From the NCBI GenBank assembly GCA_038231455.1, contig JBBRLI010000007.1, forward strand, positions 32,001 to 96,000: DNA of 64,000 bases, in the 5' to 3' direction. Both the position numbers and the translations under genes were made by a program. This DNA comes from Vulcanimicrobiales bacterium. GTDB lineage: Bacteria; Vulcanimicrobiota; Vulcanimicrobiia; Vulcanimicrobiales; Vulcanimicrobiaceae. Positions within the stretch are counted from its first letter, which is position 1, and each line of letters starts with the position of its first letter. Below, piece by piece: positions 30,330-39,985 of the stretch. Under the pieces are notes generated by a model, which made no database searches, was not told the DNA's origin, and saw only the letters and a program-made list of their open reading frames with translations.

Positions 30330-30769
30330 GCAGCGTGCTCGTCGCCGCTGCCGTTTTTCTCATTGACCGCCTCACCAAAGCCCAGATCGCATCGACGTTC
30401 ATGCCCGGAGAAAGCCGCCTCATCGTGCCCCATCTACTCTATTTGACCTACGTCCAAAACACGCACGGCGCGTTCGGCCTCTTCGGCGACCGAACGTGGC
30501 TCTTGATCGCCCTCGGCATGGTCGTCCTCGGCGTTTTCTATTTTGCGTTCCGTGAAGCCGCGGCACAGTCGCTGCTCGTACGGCTGGCATTCGGCGCGAT
30601 CCTCGGCGGGGCGCTCGGCAACATGATCGATCGCCTCCAGCGGCACTTCGTCGTCGATTTCATCGACGTGCGCGTCTGGCCGGTCTTTAACGTCGCCGAT
30701 TCGTTCATTACGATCGGGGTAGGACTGCTGTTGCTTGCAAGCGCAAAGCGCCGCCCGGTGACCGCGTGA
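30326..30769 (+). CDS. lspA: Signal peptidase II, copy 1
   Basis: DRLTK, N.HGAFG, GGALGNMIDR, VVDFID, FNVADSFI. Confidence 0.92.
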   Translation: MSSVLVAAAVFLIDRLTKAQIASTFMPGESRLIVPHLLYLTYVQNTHGAFGLFGDRTWLLIALGMVVLGVFYFAFREAAAQSLLVRLAFGAILGGALGNMIDRLQRHFVVDFIDVRVWPVFNVADSFITIGVGLLLLASAKRRPVTA

Positions 30770-31215
30770 TCGAACTTCTTGCCGCAATCGTCGCACTCAC
30801 TCTCGATCAGATAACCAAGCTCATTGTCCTTCAGCGCCTCGCGCCGATTGGATCCACCGTCGTCATCCCGCACGTCCTCTCGTTCACCTACGTGCAGAAT
30901 ACGCACGGGGCGTTTGGCATCGGGCCGAGCTCCACGTGGATCTTTGCACTCGTCGCCGCCGCGGTGCTCGTCGCGATCAACGTCATGTTCCGCGATCTCG
31001 CCGCAAAATCGCGACTCGCGCAAATCGCCCTCGGCCTCATCGCCGGCGGCGCAATTGGGAACATCGTCGACCGCTTCCGCCTGCACTTCGTCGTCGACTT
31101 CATCGACTTCAAAATTTGGCAGTACGTTTTCAACGTCGCCGATACGGCGGTAAACGTGGCCGCCGTCTTACTCGTCATCGCCTACATGCGCCGCTCGTCG
31201 CGCGCTCGCACCTGA
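30766..31215 (+). CDS. lspA: Signal peptidase II, copy 2
   Basis: DQITK, NTHGAFG, GGAIGNIVDR, VVDFIDF, FNVADTAV. Confidence 0.9.
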   Translation: MIELLAAIVALTLDQITKLIVLQRLAPIGSTVVIPHVLSFTYVQNTHGAFGIGPSSTWIFALVAAAVLVAINVMFRDLAAKSRLAQIALGLIAGGAIGNIVDRFRLHFVVDFIDFKIWQYVFNVADTAVNVAAVLLVIAYMRRSSRART

Positions 31216-32114
31216 TGCGCGGCAACTTCACCATCGACGAAGTCGATGTCGGCACGCGCATCGACGTCTTCGTGACGCGCCATGCCGAAGGCATTTCCCG
31301 TTCGCGCGTGACGCTTGCGATCAAAGACGGCGCCGTCACCGTCAACGGCCACAAGATCAAACCGAGCCATCCGCTCGAACTCGGCGACATCGTCGAATGC
31401 GAAGTCTACGAAGCCGTCGCCCTCGATGCAAAGCCGCAGAACATTCCGCTGGACATCATCTTCGAAGACGACACGCTGCTGGTGGTCAATAAGGCCGCCG
31501 GGATGGTCACGCATCCCGCGCACGGCACGACCGATGGTACGCTCGTCAACGCGCTCCTCGGACACGTCATGGAACTGCCGGGCGAAACGGTGCGCGCGGG
31601 ACTGGTTCATCGACTGGATCGCGATACGAGCGGTTTGCTCGTCGTTGCAAAGACTCCGGAGGCGCTGGCCACGCTCGGCCGCGCGATGCAGGCGCGCTAC
31701 ATCAAGCGCGAGTATCGCGGCATCGTAAGCGGCATCCCGCGCGATCCCGAAGGCACGATCACGGGCGCGATCGGCCGGGATGCTCGAAACCGTTTACGGT
31801 ACGCGATTCGCACCGACGGCAAACCCGCCGTCACGCACTACACGGTGCGCGAAGAACTTATCCAGGCTGCCGAGTGCGTTTTTCGTCTCGAAACCGGACG
31901 CACGCACCAGATTCGCGTACATCTCGCGGCACTCGGACATCCGCTGCTCTGCGATCCGCTTTACGGCCGTTCCGATACGCGCTTCCCGATCCCGGGTCAA
32001 GCGCTGCACGCCTGGCGCCTGGGTTTTAAGCATCCCAAAACAAAAGAGATGCTGCAGTTCGAGGTGGATCCGCCGCGTGAGTATCTCGTTACGTTGGCGA
32101 TGCTGCGCGCGTGA
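31215..32114 (+). CDS. rluD: RluA-family pseudouridine synthase (RluD-like)
   Basis: N-terminal S4 domain; NKAAGMVTHP, VHRLDRDTSG, LETGRTHQIRVH, QALHA. Confidence 0.92.
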   Translation: MRGNFTIDEVDVGTRIDVFVTRHAEGISRSRVTLAIKDGAVTVNGHKIKPSHPLELGDIVECEVYEAVALDAKPQNIPLDIIFEDDTLLVVNKAAGMVTHPAHGTTDGTLVNALLGHVMELPGETVRAGLVHRLDRDTSGLLVVAKTPEALATLGRAMQARYIKREYRGIVSGIPRDPEGTITGAIGRDARNRLRYAIRTDGKPAVTHYTVREELIQAAECVFRLETGRTHQIRVHLAALGHPLLCDPLYGRSDTRFPIPGQALHAWRLGFKHPKTKEMLQFEVDPPREYLVTLAMLRA

Positions 32115-33217
32115 GCGCGGTCGGCACCTACACGCTGCACGCAACCTCCGGCGCGGCGCGGCGCGGCACGCTCGAACTCGCTCATGGAAAGCTCGAGACG
32201 CCGGCCTTCATGCCCGTCGGCACCGTCGCAACGGTCAAAGGCCTCGCACCACGCGATCTCAAGGAGATCGGCGCGCAGATCATCCTCTCCAATACGTATC
32301 ACCTGTGGTTACGACCGGGGCACGACACGATCGTCGAGGCGGGCGGCCTGCACCGGTTCATGAATTGGGATCGCCCGATCCTTACCGATAGCGGCGGATT
32401 TCAGGTCTTCAGCCTCGAGTCGCAGCGCAAGCTCGACGACGACGGCGTCACGTTTCGCTCGCATATCGACGGTTCGCAGCACCGCTTCACACCCGAAAAC
32501 GTCGTCGCGTTCCAAGAAGATCTCGGCGTCGACGTCGCGATGGTGCTCGATGAGTGCATCAAGCTCCCCGCCACCCCCGAGGCGGTCGCCGAATCGGTTC
32601 GCCGCACGACCGCGTGGGCGCGGCGGGCGGCCGCCTCCTGGCGACGCGGCAATACCGCGCTCTTTGCGATCGTGCAAGGCGGGCTTGACGAACGCGCGCG
32701 CGCGCAGAGTGCCGCGGAGCTGATCGAACTCGATTTGCCCGGCTATGCCATCGGCGGACTCTCCGTTGGTGAGACGCGCGAGGAGATGGTGCGCCTCGCT
32801 CGATTCAGCGCAAGCCTGCTCCCCGAGCGCAAACCACGCTATCTCATGGGCGTCGGAACGGTGCGCGATTTGCTTGCGGCTATCGACTGCGGGATCGACA
32901 TGTTCGACTGCGTCTATCCGACGCGCAGCGGGCGGCACGGCCGCGCGATGACTTCGGTCGGCGAACTCAATATTCGCAATGCGGCATTCACGCGCGATTT
33001 CGGGCCGCTCGATCCGGCGTGTACGTGTGATGTCTGCACGCAGTTTTCACGAGCGTACCTATCGCATCTCTTCCGGGCAAACGAGCTACTGGGACCGCGC
33101 TTGCTTTCGTATCATAATCTCTTTGCACTCGACCACCTCATGAGCGAGGCCCGCGTGGCGATCGAGCGGAACGAGTGGCAGGCCTTTCGAGCGCGCATGG
33201 CTGAGGAAAACACGTGA
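32111..33217 (+). CDS. tgt: tRNA-guanine transglycosylase
   Basis: TPAFMPVGT, NTYHL, TDSGGFQVFS, IGGLSVGE, DMFDCVYPTR, CTCDVC, HNL. Confidence 0.97.
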   Translation: MSAVGTYTLHATSGAARRGTLELAHGKLETPAFMPVGTVATVKGLAPRDLKEIGAQIILSNTYHLWLRPGHDTIVEAGGLHRFMNWDRPILTDSGGFQVFSLESQRKLDDDGVTFRSHIDGSQHRFTPENVVAFQEDLGVDVAMVLDECIKLPATPEAVAESVRRTTAWARRAAASWRRGNTALFAIVQGGLDERARAQSAAELIELDLPGYAIGGLSVGETREEMVRLARFSASLLPERKPRYLMGVGTVRDLLAAIDCGIDMFDCVYPTRSGRHGRAMTSVGELNIRNAAFTRDFGPLDPACTCDVCTQFSRAYLSHLFRANELLGPRLLSYHNLFALDHLMSEARVAIERNEWQAFRARMAEENT

Positions 33218-33495
33218 GATTATATGTTGGCGGGCTGCCGCGCACGGCAACCAAAGAAGAAGTCACTCGGCTGTTCCGCCAGTTCGGCGCGACTGACGAG
33301 AGCGTCGTGCTCCCGCGCGACCGCCGCACGCGCCGCCGCAAAGGCATGGCGTATATCGATTTGCCAAGCCGCGGTTCGGCCGATTCGGCGATTGAGATGT
33401 TCAATGGTTTTGAGATCGACGGCAAACCGCTAACCGTCATGCTTGCGGAAGATCGTCCGCTCAAGCGCCCGCGCCAGCGTCCCATTTCGCGGTGA
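33214..33495 (+). CDS. RRM-domain RNA-binding protein
   Basis: RNP2 LYVGGL; RNP1-like KGMAYIDL preceded by DRRTRRR; AIEMFNGFEIDGKPLTV. Confidence 0.88.
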   Translation: MRLYVGGLPRTATKEEVTRLFRQFGATDESVVLPRDRRTRRRKGMAYIDLPSRGSADSAIEMFNGFEIDGKPLTVMLAEDRPLKRPRQRPISR

Positions 33496-34223
33496 TTCGC
33501 CGGCTTTGGCTACTCGCCGCATTGCTTGCAATCGCGGCGCCGAGCGTTGCGCGCGCGGACTCCGTTTATGCCGGGATTACGCTCAACCCACTCTTCGGCG
33601 AGCACCAGAGCTTTAACGATAAAGTCAACCCGCCGCCGATTCCAGCGCCGCTACTCGATGTAACCGCGCGACGCGGACGCGCGGAATTCTATTTCACCGG
33701 ATTACCCGCATCGGTGAGCGTCCCGTACCAAGACGCAAAGCAGAGCCACACTTCGACGACACTCTCGATTCTCGACGGCACGGCACGCTTGTACCTCACG
33801 CGCAATTTTTCGCTTGGCATCGGCGAAACGATCTATAACCAGACCACGCACTACTCGGTATCGATTCCGGTCAGCGGCGGCGGCGAGCGTCAATATTCGA
33901 AAATCGTCGGCGCCCACTACGAACTGCACTACGTCAAACCGGCGGGGATCGGCCGAATCGAGGCATCGTTTGCGTACGCGCCGACGCTCTACGGTACGCA
34001 GACGACGACGTTCGATGTCGGTCCCGGATCGACGACCCTCTTCGACCCGGAAAAAGGCAAGCAAATCGATACGTCGGTGCGCTACGTGCGACGGCGCGGT
34101 AAGCTCGAGACGATCTACGGAATCCGCTACATCAACTTCACCGCGATTTATACGGCAAACGGCAGCCTCTCCGACCGCAACGTGGGCATCCTCCCGACTT
34201 TCGGACTGCGAACCCGCCTCTAG
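33492..34223 (+). CDS. Secreted hypothetical protein, possible outer-membrane beta-barrel
   Basis: Signal peptide (VARA-D); Tyr/Gly/Thr-rich amphipathic beta-strand pattern; ends GILPTFGLRTRL. Confidence 0.65.
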   Translation: MIRRLWLLAALLAIAAPSVARADSVYAGITLNPLFGEHQSFNDKVNPPPIPAPLLDVTARRGRAEFYFTGLPASVSVPYQDAKQSHTSTTLSILDGTARLYLTRNFSLGIGETIYNQTTHYSVSIPVSGGGERQYSKIVGAHYELHYVKPAGIGRIEASFAYAPTLYGTQTTTFDVGPGSTTLFDPEKGKQIDTSVRYVRRRGKLETIYGIRYINFTAIYTANGSLSDRNVGILPTFGLRTRL

Positions 34224-34226
34224 CCC

Positions 34227-35878
34227 ATGATTACGACCGAAGATCTCAAGACCGTCTCACTCTTTGCCGACGTCGATGCGAGGCTACTCGCGCGCATCGC
34301 ATCGCGCGTCGCCGATATCCGCGTCAAGAAAAATGAGTGGATCTTCCAAGAGAGCGATCCCGCCGCGTTCTGGGCCGTGATTGCGGGTGAAGTCGAGATG
34401 ATCAAGGTGATCGGCGGCGTGCAACGCCAGACGACGACGTTCGATCCCGGCGAATTTTTCGGCGAAGTGCCGCTGATGCTCGGCGCTGCGACCTTCTCGG
34501 GCTGCCGGGCGCTACGCGATTCGCGGCTGCTTCGACTCGATGCGAACGACTTTCACAACCTCGTGATCGAATCGCCCCAGGCAAGTGCCATTCTCGCGCA
34601 AACGCTGGTCCGGCGCGTCAACGCGATTCAGGAGATCTTCCGCGAGGCCGAGGTCACGCGGGCGACGATCGTCGGCGACCGGTACGATCTTGCCTGTCAC
34701 GACGTCCGCGACTTTCTGTATCGCAACCACATTCCGTTCGAGTGGCTCGATCCCAATAACGATGCGGATCGCACGTGTATCGCACCGGAGATTCTCGCGA
34801 GCGCGATTATCCCACGGTCATCGTCGACGATGGCTCGACACTTGTGGAACCAAGCGACCGCGACATCGCCGTTCATCTGGGTCTGCAAACCAAACCCGAT
34901 AACGAAGAGTACGACGTCGCAATTATCGGCGGTGGTCCCGCGGGACTTGCGGCGGCGGTGTACGGTGGCTCCGAGGGCTTGCGTACGATTATGATCGAGC
35001 GCGAAGCGCCGGGTGGCCAAGCGGGCACATCCTCGCGTATCGAAAACTATCTCGGATTTCCCGGCGGTATTTCGGGCGATGAGTTGGCAAATCGCGCACT
35101 CATGCAAGCAAAGCGCTTCGGCACCGAGATCCTCGTCACACGCGAAGTGCAGTCGATGGAGCGTTGCAACGAGGGCTTTTCGATTGCACTCGATGGCGGC
35201 GACATCGTGCGAACGCGCGCGATCGTCATCGCAACGGGCGTGACGTGGCGGACGCTTGAGATCGAAAATGCCGATCGCCTTGTCGGGCGGGGGGTCTACT
35301 ACGGCGCGGCGCGCACCGAGGCGCTCGGCATGCGCGGCAAAGAGATTTTTTTGATCGGCGGGGGCAACTCCGCAGGTCAAGCGGCGATGTTTTTTGCCAA
35401 CTACGCGCATTCGGTGAGGCTTCTCGTGCGGAGCGACGATCTCGCAAAGAGTATGTCGCACTATTTGATCGAGCAGCTCGGCAGCAAAGACAACGTCCAC
35501 GTCGAGGTCAGCACCCAGGTGATCGGCCTAGGTGGCGACGGTCACCTCGAATCGATCGTCACGCAAAATGGAATGCAGACCAGCTCGGCGCGGAAGGCCG
35601 ATGGGCTTTTCGTCTTCATCGGTGCAGACGCCGTCACGACGTGGCTGCCAAAAACGCTCGAACGGGACGCACGCGGCTACATCAAAACCGGTCGCGACAT
35701 CGCGGGGTGGAGCGACGAGCGGTATCCGTTTTCGCTCGAAACGAGCATCCCCGGAATCTTTGCCGCGGGAGACGTGCGCAGCAACTCGGTCAAGCGTGTT
35801 GCCTCCGGCGTCGGCGAAGGCAGTATGGTCATCGCATACGTCCATCAATATCTCGAAACGCTCCGAACACCCGCGTAA
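34227..35878 (+). pseudogene. cNMP-binding-domain thioredoxin reductase-like FAD oxidoreductase, frameshifted near 34800
   Basis: Frame 1: cNMP domain (GEFFGEVPL) and DFLYRNHIPFEWLDP; shifted frame resumes [10 protein letters not shown]...[52 protein letters not shown]; one base appears missing at ~34800-34805. Confidence 0.88.
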
Positions 35879-36014
35879 CGTTTCGATTACGATTGGGCGT
35901 CGCCAATCACACCTTCGAACCACTCCGGTTGCAAACACCCGATCGTAAGCGATCGGTAAGTGTGCTCCCGTATGCTGATGCGAGTCACACCGCGCTCATC
36001 TAGGAGAACACCCG

Positions 36015-36155
36015 ATGGAATCAACTCTCGCGCACGCCCACCCGCTCGTCAAAACCGGCCCGACCCTCGTCGCACCGCCGTGGGCCCTTGCGGCGCTGAT
36101 GTTCGTTCTGCTCGCAGGCGCGTTTGTGGGAGCGGTGCTGCTAGCTGCGCGTTAA
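36015..36155 (+). CDS. Small single-pass membrane protein (46 aa)
   Basis: AGGAG RBS; MESTLAHAHPLVKTGPTLVAPPWALAALMFVLLAGAFVGAVLLAAR*; stop overlaps convergent ileS stop (TTAA). Confidence 0.6.
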   Translation: MESTLAHAHPLVKTGPTLVAPPWALAALMFVLLAGAFVGAVLLAAR

Positions 36156-38965
36156 GCGCGGCACGAACGACCCGCGTCGATCTCCCGGACGATCGCGGCG
36201 CACGAAGCGCAGATCGTCGGGTGATCGAGGTCCGCTCCAAGCGGCAGCAGCTTCCAGCAGCGCGCACACTTCTCACCGGTAGCCGGCTGCAGAATCACCG
36301 TCGACTCCGTCGACGGACTCTTCTCCAGACTTGCGACCTGCGAGACGATCAGCGCTTCGCGCAAGTTGTCACCGAGCGCAACGAGCGCATCAAAATGAGC
36401 GGGGTCGACGAATACGCGGGCGTCGGCTTCGAAGTCGCGTGGGCTCTCGCTCGATGCGACCTGCGAACGCAGATTCTTGAGCAGCGTCCACTTTGCAAGC
36501 GCATCGGCATCGATCTCGTGAACCTTCGGGAAGGCAACGTCGAAGATGCTTGCGTGATCGCCGCGCAGCGTGGCGGACAAATGCTGCCACGCTTCTTCGG
36601 CGGTGAACGAAAGCACCGGTGCGAACAGCACGCCGAGCGTCCGGAAGATTTCGAGGACCGCGCTCTGCGCACTACGCCGGCGTGAGGAGTTCGGCCCGCC
36701 CGAGTACAGCCGGTCTTTAAGCGCATCGAGGTAAAACGACGAAAGATCTTCGGAGTCGAACTTCATCAGCGCAAGATACGCATCGTGCAGACGATAGTGA
36801 CGGTAGTGGTCGACGACGTCTTTGGCGAGTGCATCGAGCGCCGCGAGCGCGAGTTTGTCGATTGGCTCCATCGCGCTGCGCGGCACGACGGCAGCCGCGT
36901 TCAGGTCGTAGAGCAAGCTCAGCATGTAGCGTAGCCGGAAGCGAAAATTCTTGTAGACGTTCGCGACATTGTCGAGCAGTTTGTCGCCCAAACGTACGTC
37001 AGCGGTATAATCGACCGATGCGACCCAGAGGCGCAGGACGTCGGCGCCGTACTTCTCCATGCCGTCTTGCGCGGCGATGTAGTTGCCCGCGGACTTGTGC
37101 ATCGCACGCCCGTCGGCATCGACGACCCAGCCCGTCGAGACGACTTCTTTATACGGCGGCGCGCCCATCGTCGCCACGGCCGTGATCAGATTCGAGCGGA
37201 ACCAGCCGCGATACTGATCGCTGCCTTCCAGATACAGGTTGGCCGGCCACGGCAGGCCGCCGTTCTTGAGCACCGCCCGGTGCGTGACGCCCGATTCGAA
37301 CCAGATATCGACGATATTCATTTCTTTCGTGAACGTCGCGTTGTGGCAGTGCGGGCACGTGAAGTCGGCCGGGATGAAAGCGGTGAGGTCTTCTTTCCAC
37401 CACATGTCCGAGGCGTTGGTGTAGGCGCTGCCGCGTTCGCGGAAGGCTTTGGCAAGATTGCGCGCGACCGCGGGATCGACGATCGAATTCTGACAGCTAT
37501 TGCAGACGAATGCCGGGATCGGCGTGCCCCACGTGCGTTGACGCGAGACACACCACTCCGGATGGTTCGCGATCATCTGTTCCATGCGGCCTTCGCCCCA
37601 CGTCGGCAACCATTTGACATCGCCGATCTTGTCTTCGATCTTGGCGCGCAACCGGTTGACGTCCATCGCGATAAACCACTGCGCGGTCGCACGAAAGACG
37701 ACCGGGTTCTTGCAGCGCCAGCAGTGCGGATAGCTGTGGTTGTATTTCTCGTGGGCGATCAAATGTCCCGAGGCGCGCAAATCATCGATGATCTGCTGCT
37801 GTGCATCGAAGATGAACAGCCCCGCATACGGTCCCGCCTCGGGCGTGAATTTGCCCGCGCCGTCGACCGGATTGAGGATCGGCAACCCGTACTGGACGCC
37901 GGTGTTGAAGTCATCGGTCCCGTGTCCGGGCGCGGTATGAACGGCGCCCGTTCCGGTTTCAAGCTCCACGTATTCGGCGCCAACGATGAGCGAATCGCGA
38001 TCGAGGAATGGATGGCGCACGCTCGTCCCCACAAGCGCTGCCCCTGCAACCGAGGCGAGTTGCTTGCCAAGATCCATTTCATGCGCGATGCGCTTGATCA
38101 GCGATGCAGCCAGGGCATCGGCGACGATCACACGTTCGTTACCGACTTCATAGAGTCCGTACGCCGCATCCGGCTTGAGCGCGATTGCGACGTTCGCGGG
38201 CAAGGTCCACGGCGTGGTGGTCCAGATCGCAACCGAGACCGGTTTGCCGTCGTCGGCTACGCCGAACTTCGCGAGCAGAGCGGCGCGCTGCGCATCGTTT
38301 GCGGTGAAGCGCACGTAGATCGAGGGCGAGACCCGGTCGGCGTACTCGATCTCCGCCTCGGCGAGCGCCGTCTCGTCATGAACGCACCACAGCGTCGAGC
38401 GCAAGCCCTTGTAGAGTTGCTTCGATTCGGCAAGGTCGGCGAGCGTCTCGACGATCGTCGCTTCGAACTCGGGGGCGATCGTCATGTACGGGCGATCGTA
38501 ATGACCGAAGACGCCCATGCGCAAGATCGTCGATCGTTGACGGTCGAGCCAATAGAGCGCACGTTCGCGACAGGCGGCGCGCAGTTCGATCGGATCGATC
38601 TTATGGAAGTCGATGCCCAGATGCTTGAGCGTTTCGCGCTCGATCGGCAAGCCGTGCATGTCCCAACCCGGGATGAAATCCGCCCAGCGTCCATCGAGGA
38701 GGTTGATCTTGATGAACGCGTCTTTGAGCACGCGGTTGAGGAAGTGCCCCATGTGCAGATCGCCGTTCGCGTACGGCGGTCCATCGTGCAGAATCCACGG
38801 CTCGTTCTTGCGATTGGCGGCAAGGCGCCGCTCGTAGGTGCCGTTCTCTTTCCACCACGCGACGCGCGTCGGCTCGCTCTTGGCCAGCCCGGCTCGCATC
38901 GGGAAATCTGTTTTCGGAAGATTGAGAGAATCGCGGTAGTCGCGCACGGTGGTTAAGTCCGACAT
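36152..38965 (-). CDS. ileS: Isoleucine--tRNA ligase (type 1)
   Basis: HDGPPYANGDLHMGH, WTTTPWTLPAN, GTGAVHTAPGHG, EGSDQYRGWF, AMHKS (KMSKS variant), C-terminal CARCW..C..C zinc finger. Confidence 0.98.
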   Translation of the reverse strand: MSDLTTVRDYRDSLNLPKTDFPMRAGLAKSEPTRVAWWKENGTYERRLAANRKNEPWILHDGPPYANGDLHMGHFLNRVLKDAFIKINLLDGRWADFIPGWDMHGLPIERETLKHLGIDFHKIDPIELRAACRERALYWLDRQRSTILRMGVFGHYDRPYMTIAPEFEATIVETLADLAESKQLYKGLRSTLWCVHDETALAEAEIEYADRVSPSIYVRFTANDAQRAALLAKFGVADDGKPVSVAIWTTTPWTLPANVAIALKPDAAYGLYEVGNERVIVADALAASLIKRIAHEMDLGKQLASVAGAALVGTSVRHPFLDRDSLIVGAEYVELETGTGAVHTAPGHGTDDFNTGVQYGLPILNPVDGAGKFTPEAGPYAGLFIFDAQQQIIDDLRASGHLIAHEKYNHSYPHCWRCKNPVVFRATAQWFIAMDVNRLRAKIEDKIGDVKWLPTWGEGRMEQMIANHPEWCVSRQRTWGTPIPAFVCNSCQNSIVDPAVARNLAKAFRERGSAYTNASDMWWKEDLTAFIPADFTCPHCHNATFTKEMNIVDIWFESGVTHRAVLKNGGLPWPANLYLEGSDQYRGWFRSNLITAVATMGAPPYKEVVSTGWVVDADGRAMHKSAGNYIAAQDGMEKYGADVLRLWVASVDYTADVRLGDKLLDNVANVYKNFRFRLRYMLSLLYDLNAAAVVPRSAMEPIDKLALAALDALAKDVVDHYRHYRLHDAYLALMKFDSEDLSSFYLDALKDRLYSGGPNSSRRRSAQSAVLEIFRTLGVLFAPVLSFTAEEAWQHLSATLRGDHASIFDVAFPKVHEIDADALAKWTLLKNLRSQVASSESPRDFEADARVFVDPAHFDALVALGDNLREALIVSQVASLEKSPSTESTVILQPATGEKCARCWKLLPLGADLDHPTICASCAAIVREIDAGRSCRA

Positions 38966-39012
38966 AGAACGCGCACATTTACGTGCGCCGGGAAGTCGGG
39001 CCTCTTGGGTCG

Positions 39013-39942
39013 CTACCCGGCTAGCGCAAGGGCCCGCGTGCGCATCAGCCGGCCGGTAATCCGGCCTTCCTCAACGACATCGATGAAGGGGCGGTCGCTC
39101 GCGCGGAACGCGGCCAGTGCTTCGAGACCCGTTGCCGTGCGCGGCAAGGTTGGGCCGGCTTCGGAGGCGAGGATCTCCGCGCCGTGCGGCTCCATCAGGT
39201 CGCCGACGGTCACGCGTTCGAGCCGTTCCACGAGCCGCGCGCCGCGGTACGCGCCCCAGCCGTTGCGGATCAGAAAGCCGCCCATGAGGACGTACCAGCC
39301 GTATTGCCACTCACGCGTGCTTGCGACCAAAACGATGCCGGTGATGACCAAACTGATCGCGAGAACCAAGCCTGCAAGCGAGGCGATCGCCGTCCCCGAG
39401 GCCTGGCTGTGACGCAGCCGCCACAGGATGGCGCGCAGCACCCGGCCGCCGTCCATCGGAAAGGCGGGGATTAAGTTAAACGCGCCGAGGCCCGCGTTTG
39501 CGATTGCGCCGTAGGCAAGGACCGTCGCGACGGATTCGCCGAACGCCCCGCGCAGGACGAGTGCGGCGCCCATCGTCGCTACATAAAACAGGCCCGCGAG
39601 CGCAAAACTCACGGCCGGACCGGCTAAGGCGACGGCGACTTCTGCTCGCGGCGTGGGCGGCTCGGTCTCGAGCGTTGCGACGCCGCCGAACATGAAGAGC
39701 GTGATCGAATGCGTGCGAACGCCGAAGCGGCGCGCGACGAGCGCATGTCCGAACTCATGGGCGATAACGCTTGCAAAGAGCAAGAGCGCGCCGATCGCCG
39801 CGAGCAACAAGCCCAAGTTGTGCGGCACATCACGTAATTCGCCGACGAGCGACGACGTGACGAGCGCATAGACGACGATCCACGAAACGTGGACATCGAC
39901 GGCGATTGCAAACAGCTTTCCGAGTCGAAGCGTTTGGCGCAT
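39013..39942 (-). CDS. Site-2 (M50) metalloprotease with degenerate CBS domain
   Basis: HEFGH, FGGVA, AGPAVS, FNLIPAFPMDGGR; C-terminal VTVGDLM. Confidence 0.9.
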   Translation of the reverse strand: MRQTLRLGKLFAIAVDVHVSWIVVYALVTSSLVGELRDVPHNLGLLLAAIGALLLFASVIAHEFGHALVARRFGVRTHSITLFMFGGVATLETEPPTPRAEVAVALAGPAVSFALAGLFYVATMGAALVLRGAFGESVATVLAYGAIANAGLGAFNLIPAFPMDGGRVLRAILWRLRHSQASGTAIASLAGLVLAISLVITGIVLVASTREWQYGWYVLMGGFLIRNGWGAYRGARLVERLERVTVGDLMEPHGAEILASEAGPTLPRTATGLEALAAFRASDRPFIDVVEEGRITGRLMRTRALALAG

Positions 39943-39985
39943 CAGTCCATTTAGTATTGCACGCGTCGTGCGCGCACGCAATCGG

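Noticed and set aside
37067-38956. 629-aa antisense ORF over ileS (and similar ones over pgk, gpmI, nnr)
   Set aside because: Shadow ORFs from codon bias; no recognisable motifs
38966-39012. T-box leader for ileS
   Set aside because: Gap is only ~47 bp and has no T-box motif
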